Shown here: positions 48,091 through 59,419 of the stretch, in pieces | Layout of the letters: each line of letters begins with the position of its first letter | Numbering within the stretch: the stretch's first letter is position 1 | Source of the DNA: Chiloscyllium plagiosum | Taxonomy: Eukaryota | Assembly: GCF_004010195.1 (NCBI RefSeq) | Contig: NC_057750.1 | Location: 8,337,294 to 8,401,293, forward strand | Length of the DNA stretch: 64,000 bases | Reading direction: 5' to 3' | Program-made: the position numbers and the translations under genes | Notes under the pieces: generated by a model | Database searches by the model: none | The model's input: the letters and a program-made list of their open reading frames with translations, nothing else | Told to the model about the DNA's origin: nothing

Positions 48091-48649
48091 CAAATCATTA
48101 GTTGATTTCAATTATTTTCGGGGATGAAGGTGAACCCAATGGCTTTGGTTCCAAAGTGCTTGCCAGGCAAATGCTTGATTTGAAGCCCTACACAGTCAAA
48201 TAGCCTGAGGCTGAACCCTGTTCAACTTTGCTTGGCTGCATGCTCAAGATGGCCACCTACAAGTCTTGCATCAGCCTCCTGCACTGTCTTGAAGGTGGCA
48301 TTATACCCTCAAGGCAAGCGTTTGTGCAGTTTGAAGCTCCACTTGGCCTAATTGGTGATGCCAGCTCTCCTGCCACTCCCTCTGCATCGGAGATAACAGA
48401 CTTGCAATGAAGAAGGGTAGGCAGCCTGCCAATATGTGCCAGGTCCCATACCCCTTAATTCAAAAGTTCTTGAAGTAGAACTGACATCTGACAGATTGTA
48501 TAACTCAACAGTAACTTGCATTTATATAGCTCCTTTAACATAGTGAGCTTTTCACAGGAGTTTTCTCATGTTGCACTTGATACCCAACTGCTTAGGCAGA
48601 TATTAAAACAGTTGACCAAAAGTTTGATCAGCGAGGTAGGTTTTTAAAA

Positions 48650-48960
48650 GTTATTCATGGTATGTGGGTGTCACTGTCTGGACCAGCATTTATTCCCCAT
48701 CCTTACTTGCCCCTTGAGAAAGTGGTGGTGAGCTGTATTCTTGACCCACTGCAGTCCATATGGTGTAGGGGCATCCACAATGCCATCAGGGAGGCAGTTC
48801 CAGGATTTTGACCTAGCTACACTGAAGGAACGATGATATATTTCCAAATCAGGATGGTGAGAGATTTGGATGGGAAGTTGCAAAAAGTGGTGTTTCCATG
48901 TATCTGCTGCCCTTGCCTTTCTTTGTGGGTTTGGAAGGTGTTGTCAGAGGAGTGTTGATG
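48650..48960 (-). mobile_element. LINE-X 3' end
   Basis: Reverse complement of the 50100-50375 region (ATTCATGG...CAGCATTTATT...CCCTTGAGAA...CTGAAGGAACGATGATATATTTCCAA). Confidence 0.75.
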
Positions 48961-49235
48961 TGTTTTTAAGAAGGGCCTTAAAGGAGGAGAGAGTGGAGTA
49001 AAGAGGCTGAGAGATTTAGGGAGAAAATTGAGAGCATGGGGCCTAAGCAACCAAAGGCATGGCTAGTAATGCTGGAGCAGTGAAAATGACATGCTCAAGA
49101 GATCAGGATTTAGAGGAATGTGGAAATCTCAGAGGGTTGTGGGGGCTAGAGAAAGTTAGAGAATTAGGGGATGGGGAAGGAGGAGGGTAGGATAGGTAGT
49201 GGAGGAAGGATTTAAATACAAGGATGAGAATTTTT
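48960..49235 (-). mobile_element. L2-like LINE fragment
   Basis: Minus ORF FKILILVFKSFLH-like C-terminal RT words (ENLKILILVFKSFLHYL). Confidence 0.55.
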
Positions 49236-49854
49236 AAATTCTCACATGAATAAATTTGACACTGAATGTACTGGGCCTTTGAACTATACTTTAAGCATTG
49301 GAAATTTCTTCTTGAACGCAGCTGAAACTTTGCTCTAGAGTGGCTGTTTTCTGACAACAGTATGAACATGAGATGATTGGGAACTAGGATAGTATTCAGG
49401 TGGTCTTGGGCACATTAGTCAAAATGGTACATCAGCCTTCAGTCTACCCAGGTTGGTCTGTTGCTGTTTTATTGAGTTGGGTCAAAATGCAGCAAGGTGG
49501 AAGGACAGGATTTCTGAGGGGTGTCTGTCCTTGACTCCCAGAGCAGACTGGGGGTGAAGGAGGCAGAGGAACTGGGATGAGTAGGAAGGCAATGGGATTA
49601 GTTAGTATGTGGGTTGGCTTTAAAATGTCGGTTACCCTTCGTGCAGAGTTGAAGGTCTGACACAGCAGTGAGGTAGAGATTGCAGCAATGAGCTTCATAA
49701 TATGCTTTCAAATTCCCTCCTGATATTTGTAACCTTCTATAATCCTCAGCAATATCTGTGTTCCTCCAATTCTGGCCTCCTTTCTTTGTAACCTTCTGGA
49801 ACCCTTAGAGATATCTGTGTTCCTCCAATTGTTCTATCTTTGCATCCTCCTTTA

Positions 49855-50375
49855 TCCACTATTGACAAAGCACAAGTCAGGAGTGCGATGGAATACTCTA
49901 CACTTGCCTGGATGAGTGCAGCTCCAATACTCAAGAAGCTCGACACCATCCAGGGTAAAGCAGTTGTTTGACTGGTAGCACATCCACAAGCATCCATTCA
50001 CTCCACCACCGATGGAGCAGTGTGTACCACCCACCTATGGAATTAAGAAATTCACTAAAGATCCTTGGACAGCAACTTCCAAATCTATGACCACTCCTAT
50101 CTGGAAGGACAAAGGCAGCAGATACATGGGAACACCACTCCTATATGTTCCCCTCCAAGTCACTCAGCATCCTGACTTGGAAATATATCGCAGTTCCTTC
50201 AGTGTTGCTGGATCAAAGTCCTGGATTTCCCTCCTTAAGGACATTTGTGGATTTACCTGCTGCATGTGGACTGCAGTGGCTCAGGAAGTCAGCTCACCAC
50301 CACCGTCTCAAGGGGCAACTAGGAATGGGCAATAAATGCTGGCCTTGCTAGTGATGCCCACATCCCATGAAATAA
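49855..50375 (+). mobile_element. LINE-X 3' fragment
   Basis: KAQVRSAMEYSTLAWMSAAPILKKLDTIQGKAVV; tail GGGCAATAAATGCTGGCCTTGCTAGTGATGCCCACATCCCATGAA. Confidence 0.75.
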
Positions 50376-50459
50376 CACTGCAAGCAAAAACCACTGATAA
50401 TCCTCAAAAATCTCTGCATTTCTCCAGGTATCACTGGTTAAAAGTTAGGGATCCCTAAT

Positions 50460-51960
50460 TTAATGTTTAACCCTCAGAGGGTCATGAGTCTTTTGAACTC
50501 TTCCTCAAAAGGTGGTGAAAGCAGAGTCTATGAATATTTTTAAAATCAAGATGAATAGCTTCTTGTTGGGCAAGGTGCTGAAAGGTTGTGAGTAGTAGAT
50601 GGGAAGGGGGACTTGAGATTACAATTAAATCACTTGCAATTGTATTAGGTATTGAAGCAGGCCGAGGGGCTGAATAGTCTTTTCCTGCTGCTTGTTCATA
50701 TGTAAGTCTCCTTTTTTTGTCTTGAAAATACAAAGGAAGAGTCCAGCTATACTCCAAAAGCCTCATGTGTTAATCCTGAGGCATTAAACACTTGCTGGAG
50801 TCAAAGACTAGGATAAGCTGGAGATCACACATCTCCTCCTTGAGGGCATGGTTCCAAAATGAAAACCTTTGGGAAGTAATATGTGACCTTTTTTTGTGAA
50901 TATTTCCATTAAAGATCCTTTTTAAAAGATATACAGGAAATAGGAGTAGGCCGTTTGGCCCCTCAGGTCTGCCATGCTTTGACAAGCTCTTGGCTGATCT
51001 GATGTGCCTTCAGCTGCACTGTACTGCCTATCTCTAATGCCCCTTGATTCCCTTGTTAGTCATGTATCTTTGTCTTGTGAGTATTCTCTGGGGAAGGGTA
51101 TTACCACCCTCTGAGGTAAACATTATTCTTCACCTCCATCTAAAACGGGAGACTCCTTATTTTAAAACTGTGTCTTCTAGCTCTAGTGTCTCCCAAAATG
51201 CAAACATCCTCTCGGCAACTACACTGCCAAGTTCTATCAGGGTCCCCTAGGGTGGGAGAGTTCACAACTAGCTGGCATATTTTTAAGATGTGAGGAGAAA
51301 GATTTAAAGTGACCTGAGGGGCACCCTTTTCATACAGACGGTGGTTTGTGTGGAATAAACTGCCAGAGGAAGTGGTAGAGATGGGTTCAGTTACAACATT
51401 TAAAAGACATTTGGTCAAGTACATGAATCGGAAAGGTTTAGAGGGGCATGGGCCAAATGCTGGCAGATAGGACTATTTTAGTTTGGGAAACTTGGTCGGC
51501 ATGGACGAGTTGGACCGATAGGTCTACTGTGACTCTCTCTTAATGGTCATTAGGACCACCTCACATTCTTATAAAATCCAATGGATACAGATCTAACATT
51601 TCCATTGGAGCCATACATTCATTATGACATTCGGCCCTTCAAGTCCGTGCTGGCTCTCTGTGGCCAGTCTCATTCCCCCACTTCATCTCTGTAGTTCTGC
51701 AAGTTCATTTCCCTTGAAATGAACTTATCCAACTTTCTTCTAAAATTAGTGCAAGTGTTTGCTTCCAACACCCTTGAAAGCAAAAAATTCCTGGTAATTC
51801 CTACTCGCAGCATGGAAAGGAAAATTTATTTTCTCTCATTTCTCTCCTGCCCAAAACCTTAAATCTGAACTCCACCACCAATCCTTGCATCATTAGTGAA
51901 TGAGGCGATTTTTTTTATTTGAACCACCTTATCTAACCCTGTTGTCATCTTGTAAACCCC
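50460..51960. mobile_element. Cluster of CR1 3' fragments in both orientations (best preserved 51245-51535, +)
   Basis: GTGTGGAATAAACTGCCAGAGGAAGTGGTAGAG...GGACGAGTTGGACCG; older minus copies at ~50930-51240 and ~51630-51960. Confidence 0.7.
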
Positions 51961-51999
51961 TACTGAAAGTCCCTACATTTCTCTTTGGCCCAAGGATGC

Positions 52000-52260
52000 C
52001 CTCCACAGCACCAGGGAGCCAGGTTCGATTCCACCCTTGGGCATCTGTCCGTGTGGAGTTTAGATGCACCCCCTGTGTCTATGTGGGTTTCCTCTGGGTA
52101 CTCTAGTTTCCTCCCACAGTCCAAAGGTTAGCCATGGGAAATGCAGGGTTACAGGGATAGGGTAGGAGAATGGGGTCTGGATGGGATCCTGTTCAGATGG
52201 TTGTTGCAGACTCAATGGGTGAAATGGTGTATATGCACTGTAGGGACTTTATGATCTATT
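52000..52260 (+). mobile_element. HE1-type V-SINE, internally deleted
   Basis: CACAGCACCAGGGAGCCAGGTTCGATTCC...GTGGGTTTCCTCTGGGTACTCTAGTTTCCTCCCACAGTCCAAAG. Confidence 0.75.
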
Positions 52261-52664
52261 CTATCATCTGTGACATTTGGGAAAGTTCTATTATATATCG
52301 GAGCAGACTTTGGGTGGTAGTGCTGTGGAGTCAAATACTTTGTCCAGTTTAAATATGAGAACATTTGGGTTTTGTACGGACAGTATTTCTGAGGACACTG
52401 GGTAGCCTGGTCATTTATAAATATGTGCACTTTTTTAACACTTCTATTCTAAACAACTTCTGCTGAACTGAAGTCATGCTGGCTGGGTTTTAATATGTGA
52501 CATGAGAATTTAGTGCCATGCCAAGCAGGGGTATGAAGTCTCTTAGTATTGGGCATATAATGGGATGGATTTTTCTGCCCTGAGTTGAAAAGCTGAACAC
52601 AACAGAGAAGGTGATCTGCTTTAAATTGATTAGTTGCCATGCTAACAATGACGCTACTGGAGGT

Positions 52665-53890
52665 TTTGATTTGATTTGTCACATGTACCAAAGTACAGTG
52701 AAAAGTTTTGTTTTGCAAGCAAACAATGTTATACAGATCGTGGGGTGCTTAGACAAAGCGAGGCATACAAGTTTACATAGGAGGTGCGCAAAGCAAGATC
52801 AACATTAGATTTGAAATTAGAGGTTCATTCAGCAGTCTAATAACAGCAGGAAAGAAATTATAAATCACACAACGCCAGGTTATAGTCCAACAGGCTTATT
52901 TGGAAATACTAGATTTCGGAGCGCTGCTCCTTCATCAGGTGGATGTGGAGTATAAGTCTGTAAGACACAGACTTTTTAGCAAAAGATGACAGTATCATAC
53001 AGTGATATATTGAACAAACCTAGATTGTTAAGTCTTTCATCTTTTAGAATGCAGGTTTTGGTTCATTAACATGTAAATCCCAGAGCTTCTTTTAAGTCAC
53101 CTTCTCAAGATAACTTAAGGATTTATAACAAAAGGTGACAGGACAGCTCAACTCAGACAATACATTAAAGGTGCGAGGTCAGAGTCTGTCTGTAGCCCAA
53201 TCTTGAGTCATAAAGCTGTACAGCATGGAAACAGACCCTTCGGTCCTGCTCGTCCATGCCGATCAGCTATCCCAATATAATCCAATCCCATTTGCCAACA
53301 CGTGGCCATTATCCCTCTAAACCCTTCCTATTCATACACCCATCCAGATGCCTTTTCAATGTTGCAATTCAGTCAGTGGTTTTATTTCCAAAGTGGAATT
53401 TACAAGATATTACACGTATTGACTGCCTGCAGGTTGTGCGTGTTTTGAGCAAAATAGAATGTATCTGCAAATATAATTCTGTAAATACAAATTCACCCCA
53501 TAGACTTATATGTGTGCATGCATGAGAGAGAATGAGTTAGTGTGTGCATATGAGCGCACGTGAGAAAGTGTGTGAAAGCTTGGTAAAGTGTGTGTGAGTG
53601 AGTGTGGAGTATAAGCCTGTGAGAGGGTGTGTGTGTGTGTGTATGAGAGAGGGTCTGCCTGAGTGTGAGAGTATGTAGGTGTGTGTGAGTGAGAGAGAGT
53701 GAGAGAATGTACAGTGTAGTAGGATTACCTGATGAAGGAGCAGCGCTCTGAAAGCTGGTGCTTCTAAATAAACGTTTGGACTAAAACCTGGTGTTGTGTG
53801 ATTTCTAACTTTGTCCACCCCAGTCCAACACCGGCAGGGAAGAAGCTATTCTTGAAACTGTTGGTTCATGTGTTCAACTTGTTTCATCCT
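52665..53890 (-). mobile_element. Rex1/Babar-like LINE 3' remnant split by a PLE insertion
   Basis: TTTGATTTGATTTGTCACATGTACC...AGTACAGTGAAAAG...TTCAGCAGTCTAATAACAGCAGG[insert]GAAGAAGCTATTCTTGAA. The family assignment is from recall. Confidence 0.45.
52857..53833. mobile_element. PLE 3' fragment bracketed by inverted family-C pseudo-LTRs, each with a hammerhead core; CR1 piece nested at ~53210-53370
   Basis: Minus core CAC-CTGATGA-A-GGAGC-AGC-GCTCC-GAAATCTA (52941-52910) and plus core CTGATGA-A-GGAGC-AGC-GCTCT-GAAAGCTG (53729-53757). Near-TSD GCAGGAAAGAA (52846-52856) / GCAGGGAAGAA (53834-53844). Internal (TG/GA)n tract. Confidence 0.8.
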
Positions 53891-54184
53891 CAAGTAAGAA
53901 TGGGCTTGTATTTAAATAGCACCTCCGCACTTCAACGTACCTCCAACTGCTTGAAACAACGGACTGGTCAAGTGCCTTTACTGTTCTGGGGCGGGAAGCC
54001 ATCTGTGCCTAGCATCAAACAATGAGATGATTGACTGCCTTGTTGTCATTGATTAAGGGAGAAATGGTGACCTGGATATTAGGGAAAGAACCCACTGCAC
54101 GCTTCTATATATTGTCAGCTGTGGCTTACTTGTTAATACTCTCATCTCTGTCTTTTTCATGTTCCTAACTAATCTAATCATATA

Positions 54185-54395
54185 AAGGTAAAGTTACCAG
54201 AGCATAGAGCTGCTCTTTCATTAGAGAGAGACAACTGGTGATGGTTTAACCTCAGGGTCACCACATCTCAGGTGAGGGGACAGATTGAGAAGGAGCATCT
54301 TTCGTGTCACCTCAACCAGTATGGGAACGGAACCTGCACTGTTGGTATCACTCTGCATCATAAACCAGCCATCCAGCCAAGTGAGCTAACCGAGT
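54185..54395 (-). mobile_element. tRNA-derived SINE (same family as 10240-10410)
   Basis: Reverse-complement head GGTTAGCTCACTTGGCTGGATGGCTGG and tail TAATGAAAGAGCAGCTCTATG. Confidence 0.65.
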
Positions 54396-55139
54396 CTCTG
54401 TTTATATGACCCTCTTTCTTATTTGTCCTTTGTTCTGTGTGGCTTGTCCGACATATTCCTGCTTCTCTCCTCTGTTGAAATCTAGATTCGACAAGCCCTC
54501 TCTAAACATAACTGTATCACCTTTGTCTCTCCCCCACTGCCTTCCACCAATAATCTATATTTCTCTTGCGAAATTAGGAGCTTTGCAGAATAGTTTAGCC
54601 ATCGCTTTTTAATTTATCTCTCCTTTTATTCCTTCTGCCATCTTGTCTGTCATCTGCACAATGGACCTTGACCTTTCACCGAGAGCTCCTTGGTAAATGA
54701 GAAAGAGTTACTTATCTAGCCTTTTGCTCCCAGATGGTTTGATACATTTGTGACAGGTGGTGATGGGGAGGGAATTCTGTTTGTTTTTCATGGACATAGG
54801 AGAATATATAAATAGACGGTGGAAACCTTAAGATCCAGACTCTAATCCTTGGTGGTTAATGGCTCTCTGCAAGAGTGGATGGTTATATTTGTCTGTGGCT
54901 AGGCAATTGTGTACAAATAAAATAAATTGGACTGAATTGAATACTAATGGTTCCTTAAATTGGTACATTGAGGCAAAATTGCTGTTCAGCCCAGTTCTGT
55001 TAAGTGGAGCAACTTGTGAAATGCAGTGAAACTAACTGTCCAAAAACAAGCAAATAAGAAGAATTCACTAATGAAGATGGATTCAGTGCAGTCTTGAAAA
55101 AAGATATTGGGATTCCATTGCCAGAACTTATTGGGGAGC

Positions 55140-55550
55140 AGTGCAAAGACCTTGTATTTATATAGTGCTGTTCACAGGATGTTACCTAATGACCTTTACA
55201 GCCGATTGCATACATTCTGAAGTGGAGGAAAGTGCAGTGGCCGTCTGTGCACATTAAGATTCCATGATTTCTGTCATATTGGTTGAGTCATAAATACTAG
55301 CCGAGACATTGGTACAGAACATTCTTGTTCATTGTATCCATACGATTGCAGGATCCTTTGTGTCCACCTAGGAGGTAGCTGTGGCTTTGGTTGTGCTGTG
55401 TCTTGCTGGAAGATTTCCATACTGGTAGTGCCATGTTCCCCTGGTATGTGCTGAAGGAGTGCTTTGGCCAATATTTGTGATTGAGTCACTGGGTTTAGAT
55501 TGCGACCTCCTGACTTTGACGTAAGAGTGCCAGTCTCGCAGCCACAGCTG
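55140..55550 (-). mobile_element. Deu-domain SINE, degraded
   Basis: CTTGTATTTATATAGTGCTGTTCACAGGATG...TTTACAGCCGAT...TCTGAAGTG. Confidence 0.6.
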
Positions 55551-55734
55551 ACACCTAGAGATTCCTACCCATCCTTGCCAACGATTGGATTAGGGGATCT
55601 GCCCATGGCCAGCAGATTTCCCTCAGTACTGCCAAGCTGCTATTACAATATACCTATGGCACTGGATGGTGAATGGAGGAGCAGGCATTTCAATAGACCT
55701 GATGATACATTACTTGAATGTTGCAGCAATATTG

Positions 55735-56390
55735 CAGGACAGTGGTGTAGTGGTGCTGTCACTGGGCTAGTAATCCAGTGGTCCAAGCTAATGCTGAATG
55801 AAACCAGTTCAAATACCAACAACAGCAGCTGGTGGACTTGAAATTCAGTTAATACAATTTAAAAACTGGTCTGAGGGATGGTGACTATGAAATTATTATT
55901 GATAGGGCAGCACAGTGGCTTAGTGGTTAACACTGCTACCTTACAGTGCCGGGGACTTGGGTTTGATTCCATCCTTGGGCACCTGACTGTGTGGAGTTTG
56001 GACATTCTCCCTTTGTCTGTGTGGGTTTCCTCCGGGTGCTCTGGTTTTCTCCCATAGTCCAAAAATGTGCAGATTAGGGTGGATTAGCCATTGGAAATGC
56101 AGGGTTACAGGGATTGGGGAGAGTCAGCGCAGCCTCGATTGGGGGAATGGCCTACTTCAACAGTGATTTTATGATTGTTGCAAAACCCCATCTGTTCACT
56201 CAGACCCTTGAGGGAAGGAAATCAGCTGCCCTTACCTGGTCTGGCTTAACCCCAGACCCACAGCAATGTGGTAAACTCTTAACCACTGTCTCAAATGGCC
56301 CTAACAAACCATTCAGTTCAAGGTCAGTTAAGGATGGGTAACAGATGGTAGACTGACCAGCGATGCCCATTATCCCATGAACAAGTAGAA
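55735..56390 (+). mobile_element. SINE-X with nested HE1 SINE (~55905-56115)
   Basis: SINE-X head (GTGGTGTAGTGG...CTAGTAATCCAG) and tail (CCAGCGATGCCCATTATCCCATGAA) flank an HE1 head and V-domain. Confidence 0.75.
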
Positions 56391-56509
56391 AAAGTGGAGT
56401 CCATTGCAAAGGGTGCAACATGATACAGTGGTGAAAACAGCAACTGTGATAGGATCTGTCCTCCCTACCACTCACTCTTCTCAATGTTGGCATGGGGTGG
56501 TGGAGGGAG

Positions 56510-57025
56510 GGCTGATAGGAAAGATGTTGTTAAACTTAAAAGGGTGCAGAAAAGATTTCCAAAAATGTTGCTGGGATGGGAGGGTTTGTGCCATAGGGAG
56601 AGGCTGAATAGACTGGGGCTATTTTCCCTGGAGTATTGGAGGCTGAGAAATGACCTTATAGAGGTTTATAAAATCATGAGGGGCATGGATAGGATAAATA
56701 TTACAGGCAAAGGCTTTTCCAGGTGGGGGAGTCCAAAACTAGTGGGCATACGTTTAAAGTGAGGGGGGGGAAATTTGAAAGATACTTGAGGGACAATGTT
56801 TTCATGCAGAGGGTGGTGCATGTATTGAACGAGCTGCCAGAGAAATGGTGAGGCTGGTACAATTACAACATTTAAAAGGCATCTGGCTAGGTACATGAAT
56901 AGGAAGGGTTTCAAGGATATGGACCAAATGCTGGCAAATAGGACTAGATTAATTTAGGATATCTAGTCTGCATGGACGAGTTGGACTGAAGGGTCTGTTT
57001 CTGTGCTGTATTATTCTATGACTCT
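56510..57025 (+). mobile_element. CR1 LINE 3' end
   Basis: RKDVVKLKRVQKRFPKML...RNDLIEVYKIMRG; CTATGACT tail. Confidence 0.9.
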
Positions 57026-57269
57026 AAATCTTTCTCTTGCAGGAAATGTAGATACCACTCTGGGATTGCAGTGGAATTGCTAGTGATTAATGGGTACACT
57101 GACAAGCTAACCTGGGCAAAAAAATCATTGGCTTCTTCAAAGAAAATTGTGGGGATGTGTTTTTTTTTATTATTATGCTAGCTGTAAGCAGTCAGATGAC
57201 AAAACCTAGAGGACTATTGCTCCCCCGCTCCCCCCATCCGCCTAACAAAAACACCAGCACTTTTCATGA

Positions 57270-57680
57270 CGACCAGCAAGCTAAAAGTGCTCTGTGACCA
57301 GTGAAATATTTTGGTGAAGTGTGGTCACCCTTGTAATTTAAGAAATGCAGCAGCCAATTTGTGGACAGCAAGCTCTCCCAACCAGCAATGAGTCAACAAT
57401 CAAATTATCTTGCTTAAGCGCTGTTGAATGAAGGATAAACATCAGTTAGGAGTCCAGGGAGAACTCCCTCAGTTGCCTTTTACATCCGACTGGACTAGGC
57501 CTCAACTGCAGCTGGGCCAGTTGGTTTAACAGCTCTACCAGAAAGCAACGTCTCTGACTGTACAGCACTGTCCCCCAATACTGCCCAGGAGTACCATCTT
57601 GACATTTCTACCTAAGCCCTAGAGTGAGACTTGAACCCAGAGCCTTCAGTGGTGAGGGTGTTGTGAGCCACAGCTGGCAC
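57270..57680 (-). mobile_element. Deu-domain SINE
   Basis: GAAGTGTGGTCACC...GCAGCAGCCAATTTGTGGACAGCAAGCTC...TTTTACATCC...GGTTTAAC...GACTTGAACCC. Confidence 0.7.
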
Positions 57681-57779
57681 TTGTTCAGGGTTGCCAATTC
57701 CTGTCAACAGGAGAAGGGAGGTGCAGGGACTGTAGTCACAAAAGCATAGGTGTGCGTTCCAGGAGGAACCTGGTTTTTA

Positions 57780-58095
57780 ATTCATGGGATGATGATGTTG
57801 CTGCCTCGGCCTGCATTTATTGTCCATCCCCAATGGGCAGTTAAGAATTGACCCCATTGCTGTGGGTCTGGAGTTGCATGTAGGTAAGGATGGCAGTTTC
57901 CCTTTCTAAAGGGCATTAGTGAACCAGATGGTTTTTCTGGCAATCAACAATGGATTCATGATCGTCATAAGATTCTTAAAGCCAGATTTTTTTTTTGTTG
58001 AATCCTGCCATGACAAGATTTAAACCTGGATCCCCAGAATATTACCTGGGTCTTTGGAATAACAGTCTGCGATAATACCACGAGGCTATCACCTA
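57780..58095 (-). mobile_element. SINE-X
   Basis: TTCATGGGATG...GCATTTATTG...GGGCAGTTAAGA...GTGGGTCTGGAG...CATTAGTGAACCAGATGG...GCGATAATACCAC. Confidence 0.75.
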
Positions 58096-58154
58096 TCCAT
58101 TTAGACTTAATAATGTGACAACTGCCCTAAACTGTTGACTTACCCCCCCCGGAG

Positions 58155-58385
58155 TGAAATAACTTCACAGAAGCCGGTATCCCTTCACCAAGTCACCCTT
58201 TATTTACTAGAAAGTCCTTGACATCGGTCCAGCTTCCTCAGAGCCAGCTCTGAGTGATCAGAACCCCTGGAACTCCTGTTTCTCTCTGTCAGCCAGGGCT
58301 CCCTGATTGGGACTGTTAACCTGGTCCAATCAGGGAACTCCTATTCTGAGATGTCCTCCTGGCTGACCTCATTCCAATCACTACA
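58155..58385 (-). mobile_element. Solo LTR related to the Gypsy LTR at 39399-39616
   Basis: Same termini (TGAAATAACT...CAATCACTACA) and internal words (CCAGCTTCCTC, CTGTCAGCCAGG, CAGGGAACTC, CCTGGCTGACCT). No clear TSD. Confidence 0.8.
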
Positions 58386-58602
58386 TCCAACAACGATCAA
58401 TTCTGAAGGAAGGACACTGGACTCTGTTTCTCTCTCCACATATACTGCTTGGTTTCTCCAGCTGTGTCTGTTCTTAACTAAGCCCTCATTCCTCTGTTGA
58501 CTTTGCAAGTTCCTCCAGCATTTTCTCTTATTATTTCAGATCTCCAGCGTTTTTGCTTTTATTTAGACTTTGAAGGTGTCATTGCTGTTGCTGGGTAGAT
58601 GA

Positions 58603-59289
58603 TCAAGGCAGCCATTTTACATGGGCATGTGTGTGTGTGCGCCTTCCTGGTTTTGTTGGCATGGGGTAAGGGTGGAACTTTGGCAGGGTTTCCAAGAAGT
58701 CCCCCCGTGGTTTTTGATTGATGCCTGAGATCGTGCACGTTGCATTTGGCTGGGAGTGACAAGCATGTATGCGTTTTATCAGATGTATTGGAGATTTAGA
58801 GTAAAGCAGTGGTGCCTGATATTACACCTTTTTAACAATTCTGTAGGGAAGCATATCCTCCACCTCGTCAGCCACGCGTTAAATCAATTCCGTATTCACA
58901 GGCAGAATATTATTCTGCAAGACAGGGATCATTGTGTTAAGCAGAGCAGTGTGCTAAGTTGGTGCTTGATAAGTACGTGGTTCAATATAATCACTGGGGA
59001 CTTGCATATCACCTGTAGGCCTGATCTCAGGGGGACAGAATACGTGAGAGACAGCAGCATTGCTGGAGTTGTGGCAAATGCATCTGGAGAATGTTTTCAC
59101 AACAACTGGTGTCCGTTCCAGCTCGTTTAAATTCTTGCTATGAATGAGAACAGCTGCTAAGTACCACCATGTTCCCATCACGTGTTCCGAAAACTTCCGA
59201 ACCCTTGTATTAAAATTGGCAGGGTTGTTGTAGTTTGCACTTTCACCCTCTTCTAACACCCTGAGGAATTTCCTGTAGTGGTTTAACCC
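58603..59289 (-). pseudogene. Decayed reading frame of unknown origin
   Basis: One frame runs 228 codons with only three internal stops and no frameshift. No recognisable family. Confidence 0.35.
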
Positions 59290-59418
59290 TTAGCCTACTG
59301 AATAAACTGTCACTCTGTGCCCAGTTAGACAGTGAGTGATCCTTACCCTGCTGAATAAACATTGACTCTGTACAGCCACACAGTGAGTAAACCTTACATT
59401 GCTGAATAAACATTGACT
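59290..59418 (+). repeat. Short tandem repeat, ~52-bp unit x ~2.5
   Basis: CTGAATAAAC at 59298, 59351 and 59402, with CACTCTGT/GACTCTGT...CAGTGAGT between. Confidence 0.75.
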
Positions 59419-59419
59419 G

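Noticed and set aside
57030..57160. Acceptor-like CTTTCTCTTGCAG after a CR1 tail
   Set aside because: No recognisable protein in any frame and no clear donor, so it cannot be supported as an exon.
58155..59289. Unknown ORF plus LTR as the 3' end (env-like gene + 3' LTR) of one LTR element
   Set aside because: No polypurine tract adjoins the LTR on that side and a pLTR remnant intervenes, so the link is unsupported.
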